Source: an uncultured Actinomycetota bacterium (lineage in GTDB: Bacteria > Actinomycetota > Actinomycetes > Mycobacteriales > Pseudonocardiaceae). From it: DNA of 64,000 bases. Every line of letters begins with the position of its first letter. The stretch's first letter is position 1. Positions 18,900-27,739 of this stretch are shown here, piece after piece. A model generated the notes under the pieces. The model made no database searches. It had not been told where the DNA came from and saw only the letters and a program-made list of their open reading frames with translations. The stretch lies in contig CAWCZG010000007.1 in NCBI GenBank assembly GCA_963799945.1, positions 404,440-468,439 of the forward strand. The letters run 5' to 3'. Both the position numbers and the translations under genes were made by a program.

Positions 18900-20162
18900 A
18901 TGACCGGTGAGCGATTCATCCCGTTCCGCAAGTCTGATGTCGTCGCGATGTGCGCCGACGACCTGTCGGACGACGAGCGGGAACCCTTCCGCGCCTTCGT
19001 CGAACTGCTGGAGAGCCTGCTGCACCACGAGTTCCGGGCCAGGCTCGAAGCGCTGAAGGACGCCTACAGCCCGTTCAACCCCGACGCCGACGTGCACACC
19101 ATCCGCGAGCCGAGCGCCGAGGAACGGGAGGCGGCGCAAGAGCGTCTGGTCGAGGAGCTGAGCGCGCTCGCCGAAGCCGCGAACTTCGAGCAGATCAGCT
19201 CCGACGACCTGGACCGGGCGTTCGCCGAGGAGTCGTTGGTCAAGGTGCGGCTGGAGGCCGACTTCGACGACTTCGAGCAGATCGCGTTCTACCGGCGGGG
19301 CGTGCGCACCCGCGACGAGGAGGTGAAGCGGTGGTTCGGGTTGCGCCGCTCGACCATCACCTTCACGAGCTACGGGAAAGTCCTCGTCTACGTGAAGTTC
19401 AAGGATGCGGCGCACTTCGAGGCGCTGGGCAGGAAGGTCGAGGACCTGCCGTTCGCGCCGGACTCGATGATCATCAAGCTGTTCCAGGACGTGCCCCGGG
19501 CCGACCTGGAGATGCTGTTCCCCAACGCGCGGGTGCGGATGCGGCCGGTCGACAAGCTGCTGATCGGGGTGCCCGCGGTCATTTCCGGGATCATCATGCT
19601 GGTCACCAAGCTCGTTGCGGCGCTGTTGCCGGTGGCGCTGTTGCTGGCGTTCTGGTTCGGGCTGCGTCACGAGCCGGTGCAGCTCAACCAGGGCCAGCTC
19701 GTCACGCTCGGGGTGGGCCTGGCCGCGCTCGGCGGATTCCTGGTGCGCCAGTTCGGCAAGTTCAAGAACCGCAAGATCCAGTTCATGAAGTCGCTGTCGG
19801 AGAACCTCTATTTCCGCAATCTCGACAACGACGCCGGTGTGTTCAACCACCTCCTCGACGCGGCCGAAGAGGAGGAGGTCAAGGAGGCGGTGCTGGCCTA
19901 CCACTTCCTGCGCAACGCCGAGGAGGCGCTGACTGCCGACGAACTGGACCAACGCATCGAGGCCTGGTTCGACCAGCGGTGGGACACCGAGTTCGACTTC
20001 GAGGTTGCCGACGGCGTGGGCAAGCTGCGCCGGCTGCGTCTGCTCGACGACGCCGGGGGCAAGCTCTCCGTGGTGCCGCTGAGCGAGGCCAGCAGACGCC
20101 TCGACGAGACCTGGGACAACCTGTTCGTCTACAACACCTCGCCCCGCCCCGCCCAGGTCTGA
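18900..20162 (+). CDS. TMEM143 / DUF3754 family protein
   Basis: ERFIPFRKSD, LKDAYSPFNPD, IKLFQDVPRADLEMLFPN, NLYFRNLDNDAGV, AEEEEVKEAVLAYHFL. Confidence 0.85.
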   Translation: MTGERFIPFRKSDVVAMCADDLSDDEREPFRAFVELLESLLHHEFRARLEALKDAYSPFNPDADVHTIREPSAEEREAAQERLVEELSALAEAANFEQISSDDLDRAFAEESLVKVRLEADFDDFEQIAFYRRGVRTRDEEVKRWFGLRRSTITFTSYGKVLVYVKFKDAAHFEALGRKVEDLPFAPDSMIIKLFQDVPRADLEMLFPNARVRMRPVDKLLIGVPAVISGIIMLVTKLVAALLPVALLLAFWFGLRHEPVQLNQGQLVTLGVGLAALGGFLVRQFGKFKNRKIQFMKSLSENLYFRNLDNDAGVFNHLLDAAEEEEVKEAVLAYHFLRNAEEALTADELDQRIEAWFDQRWDTEFDFEVADGVGKLRRLRLLDDAGGKLSVVPLSEASRRLDETWDNLFVYNTSPRPAQV

Positions 20163-20175
20163 CCGGAACGGGGCC

Positions 20176-20304
20176 TCACCGGTCGGCGAGGACGTAGACC
20201 AGTTCGAGAACACCGCTCGGGAAAGCCGTGCTCTTCACCAGGCGCAGCGTGACGGCCTCGGCCATCTCCGGGACCAGCGGCGCGCCCTTGCCGGTGGTGG
20301 CGGG
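20176..20304 (-). pseudogene. C-terminal remnant of a dihydrofolate reductase/RibD-C family gene
   Basis: PATTGKGAPLVPEMAEAVTLRLVKSTAFPSGVLELVYVLADR*. Confidence 0.6.
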
Positions 20305-20474
20305 CTCGGCCTTAGCAATCGCCACCCGCACAGATCTCGACGCGGAGGCCGGTGCACCTGCACCGGCCTCCCCGTCGTCATATGTCCACGCTGATCACGA
20401 CCAGGTAACGCAGCCGTCGGTGCCGTCGACCTCTCCCGAGGCCCGGCCGACAAGAGCCGTGTCGAGACCAGGAG

Positions 20475-20900
20475 ATGATGACCATGCGACGTCAGACCCT
20501 GCTTATCCGCTACGAGCCCCAGGCCACGCCGCCCGCGGGCGACCCGCCGAGCTTCGACGTCACGTCCGGCCCCGGCACCGTGACGCTGCTGGAGGGCGAC
20601 GACACCGGGGTGCCAACCGAGGCGTCCTACCAGACCCACATCACGATGACCAGCCAGACCACCTTCCGCGAAGACGGCGAGCTCGTCGTGGATGGTGGCG
20701 GTCTGCAGCTGGAGACGGTCGGCTCCGGAACCCTCGAACCGTCCGCCGAAGAGGGCACCTTCCGCGGCTCGGTGATCTGGAAGGTCGAGGGCACCGGCCG
20801 GTGGAGCGGCGCGACCGGCCTGCTCACGTCGAACTTCGAGGTCAATCCCAACACCGGCGCCGCCGTCGAACAGCAGGTCGTTCGGCTGTTCCTACCCTGA
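20475..20900 (+). CDS. Hypothetical beta-barrel protein (allene oxide cyclase/dirigent-like motif)
   Basis: AGGAG RBS; beta-rich; WKVEGTGRWSGATG motif. Confidence 0.6.
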   Translation: MMTMRRQTLLIRYEPQATPPAGDPPSFDVTSGPGTVTLLEGDDTGVPTEASYQTHITMTSQTTFREDGELVVDGGGLQLETVGSGTLEPSAEEGTFRGSVIWKVEGTGRWSGATGLLTSNFEVNPNTGAAVEQQVVRLFLP

Positions 20901-20916
20901 AGGGGAGGCGACTCGC

Positions 20917-21216
20917 TCAGTCGCCGTTGTCGTAGTACTGGGCCAGCCCCCAGAAATCGACCGCCTCGACAGCATTGCGGATGACGTTGAGGGCGTCCCC
21001 AGGGACCGGAGTCGGTCCGACGAACTGGTTCTCATCGAGGGTCCAGCCCGTCGGGAGGTTGTCGTTGACCACCTCGCGCACGTCAGCACACATTCCGTCC
21101 TGGTCGAAGTCGTCGCCCCCCGCTGTGCCCCAGCGCGCGTTCAGCTGCCCGGCCACCCATTCCTCGACCGTGCTCCAACCCGTGGCACTGGCCCACGTCA
21201 GTCCCGGCGATGTCAC
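20917..21216 (-). CDS. Small acidic hypothetical protein
   Basis: ...DDFDQDGMCADVREVVNDNLPTGWTLDENQFVGP...VEAVDFWGLAQYYD; coding-like composition; GTG start at 21216 inferred. Confidence 0.55.
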   Translation of the reverse strand: MTSPGLTWASATGWSTVEEWVAGQLNARWGTAGGDDFDQDGMCADVREVVNDNLPTGWTLDENQFVGPTPVPGDALNVIRNAVEAVDFWGLAQYYDNGD

Positions 21217-21255
21217 GGGATCAGGATGGCAGTACACAGCGAAGAGAACAGGCAT

Positions 21256-21447
21256 ATGGCCGACGATCTGCAGGAGTTGGTCTTCCTCGGCTCGCCGAGC
21301 GGGACCTGGCCCAGGCCGTCGCCGGACTGGTCGCGACACGGAGCGAGAACCCCACCGGTCAACCAGGTCAACGGCGGCACCGCGGTCGCCGACCTGCACA
21401 CCGCGGCCCGCTGCTATGCCGCGCTGCTGATCGAACGCCCCCCATGA
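21256..21447 (+). pseudogene. Possible internally deleted M20 peptidase/deacylase
   Basis: MADDLQELVFLGSPSG resembles M20 N-termini and VADLHTAARCYAALL resembles M20 C-termini; core absent. Confidence 0.35.
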
Positions 21448-21460
21448 GTGATCGGCCGCT

Positions 21461-21628
21461 CTACGGGATCGCGGGTACCTGCTCGGGACCGTCGGGGTCG
21501 TCGGGCATGGGTTCTTCGGGCGCAGGCGGGAGCGTGTCCGGAGTGTCGGGTGACAGCTCGCCGGGGTCGTCGGGAACCGGCTCAGCGGGGTTGATCGGCG
21601 GGTACTCGGGCCCGAGGTTCGAAGTCAC
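21461..21628 (-). CDS. 55 aa Pro/Asp/Glu-rich small protein (not in the ORF track)
   Basis: MTSNLGPEYPPINPAEPVPDDPGELSPDTPDTLPPAPEEPMPDDPDGPEQVPAIP*. Confidence 0.55.
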   Translation of the reverse strand: MTSNLGPEYPPINPAEPVPDDPGELSPDTPDTLPPAPEEPMPDDPDGPEQVPAIP

Positions 21629-21685
21629 CGTCGCAGTGTGCTCGGTGGGGGCGGGAACCGCAGGCGAGCGGCACCGACCGGGTGG

Positions 21686-22963
21686 TCAGGACAGGACAGC
21701 CCAGCCGTGCGGCGCGACCGTCACCACGGTCCCGTCGAGCCGGGCCTCCCCCGCCACCACCCCGCTGATCCCCGGCACGTCCTGCTCGAGCGGCGCGTCG
21801 TCCAGGTTCAGCGCCGTGACCAGCCGCTGCCCGTCCACCCCGACCTCGTAGACGAAGGCCGTGTTGGTCAGGTGCAGCGTGCTGGTGCGGGCACGGTGCA
21901 GCCAAGGGTGGCGGCGGCGGAGCCCGATCAGCTCCTGGTGCAGCATGTGCGTGCCCTCCCCGAGCAGCGAGAGGTCGGCGGGACTCGCGGGGAAGGGCGG
22001 ACGGATGGCGTCATCGCCACCCACGCGTTCCTCCTTGGTCCCGTGGAACGCCTGCTCGTCGCCGTAATAGACCACCGGGGTGCCCGCCACGGTGAACAGC
22101 GTGACCAGCGCGTGCGGCAGGTGCCGCTCGTCGTCGATGACGCTGGCGATGCGGGTGACGTCGTGGTTGCCGACGAACGTCAGCGGCACGAACGCGTCCA
22201 GCATGACGTTGTGGCGGCCGAGGGAGTGGTCGAGCTCGAAGAGGTTCCGCACCTCGACCGCATTCTGCATCGCCTTCCACAGCTCGTACTGGGTGACCGC
22301 GTCCATGCCCGAAGCCGTGACGATCTCCGCGTAGTCGCCGTGGATCACCTCGCCCACGACGTAGACGTCGGGGAACCGCTCCCGGACCCGGGGCAGCACG
22401 CGCGCCCAGAACTCCGGGGCCACGGCGTAGGCCGCGTCCAGGCGCCAGCCGTCGACACCGGTCGCGAGCCAGTGCTCCATCACGGCGACGACGTGGTCAG
22501 CGACGGCGGGTTCGTCGTGGTTCAGCGCGACCAGCAGGTCGTGGCCCTCGAACGTCGCCCACCCGCCGTTCTCGTCGCGCCGGAACCACGCCTCCTCCGG
22601 CCCGCCCGCCTCGGCGGCCACGAACGCCGGGAAGCCGCGTCCGACGTGGTTGAACACGCCGTCGAGCAGCACCCGCAGGCCGCGGTCGTGCGCAGCGGTG
22701 ACCAACGCCTGGAAATCGGCGTCATCACCGAGCCGTGGGTCGATGCGGAAGGGGTCGACGGTGTCGTACCCGTGCGTGCCCGACGCGAACACCGGCCCCA
22801 GCGCGATGCCGGAGACACCGAGCTCGACGGCGTAGTCGAACCAGTCGACGACCTTACCGAGCCGGTGGGTGAGCTCCACCCCGTCGCTGCCGGCTTCGGC
22901 GCCGACGAAGCTCAGGGGGTGGACCTGCCACCAGATCGCGTGTTCCACCCAGTCCGGCTCCAT
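21686..22963 (-). CDS. GH13 alpha-amylase family (cyclomaltodextrinase-like) hydrolase
   Basis: HGYDT, LLDGVFNHVG, DGWRLDAAY, GEVIHG, FVGNHD, YYGDE. Confidence 0.93.
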   Translation of the reverse strand: MEPDWVEHAIWWQVHPLSFVGAEAGSDGVELTHRLGKVVDWFDYAVELGVSGIALGPVFASGTHGYDTVDPFRIDPRLGDDADFQALVTAAHDRGLRVLLDGVFNHVGRGFPAFVAAEAGGPEEAWFRRDENGGWATFEGHDLLVALNHDEPAVADHVVAVMEHWLATGVDGWRLDAAYAVAPEFWARVLPRVRERFPDVYVVGEVIHGDYAEIVTASGMDAVTQYELWKAMQNAVEVRNLFELDHSLGRHNVMLDAFVPLTFVGNHDVTRIASVIDDERHLPHALVTLFTVAGTPVVYYGDEQAFHGTKEERVGGDDAIRPPFPASPADLSLLGEGTHMLHQELIGLRRRHPWLHRARTSTLHLTNTAFVYEVGVDGQRLVTALNLDDAPLEQDVPGISGVVAGEARLDGTVVTVAPHGWAVLS

Positions 22964-23002
22964 GGCCCTACGGTCTCACGCGCCGCGGCTGCGCGCCGAT
23001 CG

Positions 23003-23476
23003 TCAGAGCGGCACGACGAGGCGTGCTTTCCCCTGCTCAGCGGCGTAGTGGAGGATGTACCACGTTCCGCCGCCGACCGACTCGTCACCACGTGGGAAGC
23101 CGATCACCAGCCCGGTGTGGTCCACCATCCACCGGTTGCGCGCGTGGTAGGCCGCCTTGCCGAGCAGCGTCGCACCCAACTCGACGACGTCAGCCAGCCG
23201 GTTCTCAGCGCGCAACCGCTCGATGACGTCGATCGAGCCTGCGGGCTGGTCGACGACCCGGCAGGGCACGACCACCGTCAACGCGGCCTCGGTGCTCTTC
23301 GCGAGCCACTGCAGCGCGGCGGTATCCACACCCGAGGCCCCACCCACGTAGAAGTGCGACGACGAGTCGGCGAACGGGCCGAGGTAGGCAACGAACGCCG
23401 CGGCCAACTCGTCGACCGGAGCATCGCCGATGCTGCGGGTGCCGGTGACCGCCACACTGCGTTCCACTGGGCGCAC
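23003..23476 (-). CDS. Stand-alone SLOG superfamily (DprA/YpsA-like) protein
   Basis: VAVTGTR, VGGASGVD, AYHARNRWMVD, GGTWY..HYA..GK; GAGGAG RBS before GTG 23476. Confidence 0.8.
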   Translation of the reverse strand: MRPVERSVAVTGTRSIGDAPVDELAAAFVAYLGPFADSSSHFYVGGASGVDTAALQWLAKSTEAALTVVVPCRVVDQPAGSIDVIERLRAENRLADVVELGATLLGKAAYHARNRWMVDHTGLVIGFPRGDESVGGGTWYILHYAAEQGKARLVVPL

Positions 23477-23564
23477 GCTCCTCGGTGAGATGGGACTGCT
23501 GGGGATCTCCGCGATGAACCTAGCGCTATGGGCGGTCCGCGGTTCGGATCGAGCCCGCGGCCTA

Positions 23565-23810
23565 CTAGTGGATCTCCGGGGGGCGCGGGAAGTCGGTGCG
23601 TCCAGGGATATCGGGCGGTCCGAGGGGCGGGTCGCCGAGGGGCGAGCGGCCCGGGGGCGGGGTCGGGTCGGGGAAGCGGGGCCGTGGGCCGTCGATGCGG
23701 ACGGCGGCCTCGAGCGCGGCCAGGACCGTGTCCGCCGCGCCCTGCGTGCCGAGGGCGTGCGCGGCCGCGGCGAGCAGGGCGTCGTCGAGTTCGAGGGAGA
23801 CCTTTGCCAT
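23565..23810 (-). CDS. VapB-like RHH antitoxin-family protein with Pro-rich tail
   Basis: MAKVSLELDDALLAAAAHALGTQGAADTVLAALEAAVR matches the actinobacterial VapB N-terminal pattern. Confidence 0.65.
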   Translation of the reverse strand: MAKVSLELDDALLAAAAHALGTQGAADTVLAALEAAVRIDGPRPRFPDPTPPPGRSPLGDPPLGPPDIPGRTDFPRPPEIH

Positions 23811-23840
23811 GGGTCGAGTATGCAGTGCGGCTTCGGCCGG

Positions 23841-24734
23841 TCAGGCCGGTATCTCGGACGGGTCCGACGCGGCGGCCGGGCGAGTCGCGGCGGTAGGAAC
23901 ACTGCGCTCCAACGCATCCCAGCCGCTGTCCCGCTCACGCTCCGCCGCCTCGGCGCGGCCGCCGCCACGGAGCCCGAAGAGCCGCTTCGCGAACAACAGG
24001 TAGCCCACCACCAGCAGGTTGATGATCAGCGTGATGATCTTCGTGACGGTGATGGTGCCGGTCAGCTCGTACACCTCGGGGATCAACAGCAGCGTGGTCG
24101 CGATGAACGTGAGGTACTCCGCCCAGCGCTTCCCCCGCCAGAGCCCGATGGCTTCCAGCCCCTCCAAGAGTGCGTAGGCGGCAATGACCACTCCGATGAG
24201 CCACAGCGTCGACGGTTTGACGACGAACGCCTTCTGCAGCTCGCCGAGAATGCCGCCGCCGCTTTCCCCCGACGGGCCGCCGACCCCACCCTGGACCGCG
24301 TCCAGGATGCGGTAGAAGGTCTGGCTCAGCGCGTCCCGGTCGACGGCGAAGAGGAACACCGCGGCCGCGAGCACGCCGAGGACCAGGAAGTGCACGACCC
24401 GGTCCAGCGCGATCAACCGCAGCACGTACCGGTCCCGCAACGGGCGCCCCCGCAACGGCAGCGCGATGTGGTCGCGATCGGGCAGGTGCTCCTGGGTCGG
24501 GTGGGACGGCGGCGGCAGCGGCACCCACGCGTCACACCGCACGCACCGGTACCAGCGCAGCCCGTCTCCGGGCTCGCGCACCAGCAGCGCGTCCTCCGGT
24601 CGGATGTGCGCGGCGTCGGTGCCGACCAGCTCGTGCCCGTGCAGCCCACAACCGATGAGCTCGTAGTGGAAGCGCGGCCGGAACCGGGTCGGCCGCTGGG
24701 TCCCCGGCGGGTACTGCCGGTCGTCGTCGTTCAC
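23841..24734 (-). CDS. DUF2127 domain membrane protein
   Basis: CGLHGH, WYRCVRCDAW, YALLEGLEAIGLWRGKRWAEYLTFIAT, PEVYEL. Confidence 0.85.
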   Translation of the reverse strand: MNDDDRQYPPGTQRPTRFRPRFHYELIGCGLHGHELVGTDAAHIRPEDALLVREPGDGLRWYRCVRCDAWVPLPPPSHPTQEHLPDRDHIALPLRGRPLRDRYVLRLIALDRVVHFLVLGVLAAAVFLFAVDRDALSQTFYRILDAVQGGVGGPSGESGGGILGELQKAFVVKPSTLWLIGVVIAAYALLEGLEAIGLWRGKRWAEYLTFIATTLLLIPEVYELTGTITVTKIITLIINLLVVGYLLFAKRLFGLRGGGRAEAAERERDSGWDALERSVPTAATRPAAASDPSEIPA

Positions 24735-24738
24735 GGGT

Positions 24739-25095
24739 TCACCGCCTGGCGAGGCGGCGCACCCCGAGGTTCCCGACGGGCAACCCGAAGTGGGAGAACA
24801 CGTCCGGTTCGGCCTCGGCGGTCAGCTCGCCGTCGGTGTCGATCGCGGGACCGTCGGCGACCAGCTTTTTCTCGAACTGCACGCGCAACGCGTCCGGTCG
24901 CACGGTGGCCCCGGTCAACGGCACGAAGACCAGCCGGTGCCGTCCGATGATCCCGATCTTGACCGTCGCGAACGCAGGCTCGTCGGTCGTGGTGTCGACG
25001 TAGATCGCCTCGAGCTCACCGATCTTCGAACCGGAGGGGTCGATCACGGACTTGCCCCGCCAGTCCCGCACGTTCTCCGCCGGAATCACCGTCAT
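24739..25095 (-). CDS. PRC-barrel domain protein
   Basis: WRGKSVIDPSGSKIGELEAIYVDTTTDEPAF..V..G...LVFVPL. Confidence 0.88.
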   Translation of the reverse strand: MTVIPAENVRDWRGKSVIDPSGSKIGELEAIYVDTTTDEPAFATVKIGIIGRHRLVFVPLTGATVRPDALRVQFEKKLVADGPAIDTDGELTAEAEPDVFSHFGLPVGNLGVRRLARR

Positions 25096-25151
25096 CGCGC
25101 CTTTCTTCGTCTCATCATCGCTATCACCGCCGACAGCGGGCCCACCTAACC

Positions 25152-25194
25152 AGGTACCCGCCATCCGCGTTGCGAATCCGGAGGTACCCGCCAT
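25152..25194 (-). promoter_or_regulatory. Tandem SigB/SigF-type promoter elements for the PRC-barrel gene
   Basis: 13 bp direct repeat ATGGCGGGTACCT (minus strand) at 30 bp spacing; GGATTC-N14-GGGTAC. Confidence 0.5.
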
Positions 25195-25267
25195 GGGCCG
25201 ACACGTCCGGTCCCGGGGCCACCGTAGGATCACCGGCCGTGATCCGGACGAGCGAGCGGGGGGCACG

Positions 25268-26491
25268 GTGAGCCGTACCAGGGTGTTGGTGGCGGGGGCG
25301 AGCATCGCGGGGCCCGCGTTGGCCCACTGGTTGCACCGGCGCGGCGCCGAGGTGACCGTGGTGGAGCGGGCGCCCGGGCTGCGTCCCGGTGGGCAGGCTG
25401 TGGACGCGCGCGGCGTGACCAGGGACGTCATCCGGCGCATGGGGCTGGACGCGGCGATACGCGCGGCCCGCACCGAGACCGCGGGCGCCTACACCGTCGA
25501 CGTGGACGGCAACGTTCTGGAGACCCACCGCGCCGAGGACCACGGCGGCGACGGGTACATCGCCGACATCGAGATCCTGCGCGGGGACCTGTCCCAGGTG
25601 CTCTACGACGACACCCGCGACGACGTCGAGTACCTCTTCGGCGACCGGATCGCCGAGCTCACCCAGGACGCCGACGGTGTCGACGTGACCTTCGCGGGCG
25701 GCGACCGACGCCGCTTCGACCTGGTCATCGGGGCCGACGGGCTGCACTCGGCCCTGCGGGCGATGGTGTTCGGGCCGCATGAGCAGTTCGTCCGCCACCT
25801 CGGGCTCGTGCTGGCCTTCTACAGCGTGCCCAACGAGTACGAGCTGGACCGCTGGCTGCTCGAGTACCAGCACCAGGAGTCCGGGCGCTCGGCGCTGCTG
25901 CGGCCCATCCACGACGCCAGCCGGGCCATGGCCATGTTCTCCTTCCCCTCGGCCGACTTCGCCGTCGACTACCGCGACATCGACGCCCAGAAGCGGCTGC
26001 TGCGCGAGCAGGTGGACGGCCTGGGCTGGCTTACCCCGCGCCTGCTTGAGCACCTGGACGACACCCCGGACTTCTACCTCGACCAGGTCGCCCAAGTGGT
26101 GATGGAGAAGTGGTCGAGCGGCCGGGTGGGGGTGTTCGGCGACGCTGCGTTCAGCTCGTCACCGATGTCCGGGCAGGGCACCGGGCTGGCCCTGGTCGGG
26201 GCGTACCTGCTGGCCGGAGAGCTGGCGGCGGCCGGGTGGGACCCCGAGGTCGGGTTCGCCGCGTTCGAGGAGCGGATGCGCGCGTTCGTCGAGGCCAACC
26301 AGGAGATCGGCCGCATGCACGTGAGCAGCCTGGAGGCCCCTGAGCCGGACGCCGCGCCTGCTCCGGAGCCGGACATGGAAGCGCTCATGGCGCTGGTCGA
26401 ACGGGCGATCAACGGCGTCGAGCTCCCCGACTACGCAGGGCTGCCGGACGCCAAGGCGCCGATCACGTCGTCGTCGGCCGGGCCGTCCTGA
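25268..26491 (+). CDS. FAD-dependent monooxygenase
   Basis: VLVAGASIAGP, RPGGQAVD, GADGLHS, GDAAF..SPMSGQGTGLAL. Confidence 0.92.
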   Translation: MSRTRVLVAGASIAGPALAHWLHRRGAEVTVVERAPGLRPGGQAVDARGVTRDVIRRMGLDAAIRAARTETAGAYTVDVDGNVLETHRAEDHGGDGYIADIEILRGDLSQVLYDDTRDDVEYLFGDRIAELTQDADGVDVTFAGGDRRRFDLVIGADGLHSALRAMVFGPHEQFVRHLGLVLAFYSVPNEYELDRWLLEYQHQESGRSALLRPIHDASRAMAMFSFPSADFAVDYRDIDAQKRLLREQVDGLGWLTPRLLEHLDDTPDFYLDQVAQVVMEKWSSGRVGVFGDAAFSSSPMSGQGTGLALVGAYLLAGELAAAGWDPEVGFAAFEERMRAFVEANQEIGRMHVSSLEAPEPDAAPAPEPDMEALMALVERAINGVELPDYAGLPDAKAPITSSSAGPS

Positions 26492-26677
26492 TCTGAGGTC
26501 AGACCACACGGACGCGGCGCCGCAGATCAGCCATCGCCTTGGCGACCGGCCCGGGGCGTTCAGCGGCCAGGTGATCCAGGCGCTCGATGAGGGACGCGGG
26601 CACGACAAGGTGAAGCGCGCGCCGTCCACCATGTCGGCCACCTCCGTGGGCAGTTTTCACCACCGTCGCGGACATCC

Positions 26678-27280
26678 GTGCAGACTGTGCAGGTGCGCAG
26701 CGCCGCGACCGTCCTCCTCGGTGTCGCTGTCGCGGCCACGATGACCCTGACCGGCTGCTCCACCACCGTCACCGGCGCCCCGGCTCCGGTCGGCAGCTCG
26801 CCTGCGTCGGACGTTCCGCGGACCACCGATCCGGTGGCGTGGACCGACCAGGTCTGCGGCTCGCTGCTGCCGTTCGTCGAGGCCTCGACGAACGAGCCCC
26901 AGTTCGACCAGAGCAACCCCGGCGCCACGCTGAAGGTGCTCTCGGACTACCTCGGCCAGACGGTCAGCGCGATCGACCAGGCCCTGGCCGGGCTCGACGC
27001 GGCAGGCCCCGCCCCCGTCGCGGACGGTGAAGCGTTCGCCGCCAAGCTGAAGGACGCGCTCACCGTCGTCCGCGCGTCGTTCGAGAAGTCGAAGGCGGCG
27101 ATCGACAAGGTCGACCCGAACGACATGACCCAGCTGCTCTCGGCCCTCCCCCAGGTGTTGGCGCCGCTGCGGGACCTGCCGCAGCTGCAGGACTCGACGA
27201 CCGGGCTCAAGTCCAACCCCGAGCTCAAGGCGGCCGCGGCGAAAGCCCCCAACTGCCAGAAGCTCGACACGGCAGGCTGA
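26678..27280 (+). CDS. Putative lipoprotein
   Basis: Hydrophobic signal ending in LTGC lipobox; WTDQVC...APNC cysteine pair. Confidence 0.75.
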   Translation: MQTVQVRSAATVLLGVAVAATMTLTGCSTTVTGAPAPVGSSPASDVPRTTDPVAWTDQVCGSLLPFVEASTNEPQFDQSNPGATLKVLSDYLGQTVSAIDQALAGLDAAGPAPVADGEAFAAKLKDALTVVRASFEKSKAAIDKVDPNDMTQLLSALPQVLAPLRDLPQLQDSTTGLKSNPELKAAAAKAPNCQKLDTAG

Positions 27281-27295
27281 CGGACTATCCGATGT

Positions 27296-27557
27296 ATGTC
27301 GGCTGAGCGCATGACGGAACCCACCCGGAAGGTCCTCCGCGCGCTGCTCGACCATCCCGACCGTGAACGCTACGGCCTCGAGCCGGCCAAACAAGCCGCC
27401 ATCGCCAACGGCGCCATGTACGGCATCCTCGTCCGGCTCGAAGACCGGGGCTGGGGCGAGAGCCGCAGCTCACCGCCGTCGCCGACCTTCCAGGCCGCCT
27501 CGCTTCGTCGCCGACGTCCTCAACGGGCTACCAGCCCTGGCCATCCTCATCTCATGA
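27296..27557 (+). pseudogene. Truncated PadR-like regulator fused to remnant of downstream partner
   Basis: MTEPTRKVLRALLDHPDRERYGLE...GAMYGILVRLEDRGW.ESR, then wing lost; RFVADVLNGLPALAILIS* follows in another frame. Confidence 0.6.
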
Positions 27558-27739
27558 TCGCCTGCACACCGACGACGTCGGCTACAACGGCCGGCGGCGT
27601 CCCGATGTCCTCACCAGCCACGGTCACCGTCGCGCCGCTGCCGATCGAGGGCGGCACCGGGTCGCCGGTCAACCCGATCGCCACGTTCTGACGATCGGCT
27701 GAGCCGAACCAGTCACCGGGACTCGTTACCGTGCCACGC

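Noticed and set aside
26500-26660. Coding-like fragments between the monooxygenase and lipoprotein genes
   Set aside because: No consistent frame or identifiable family
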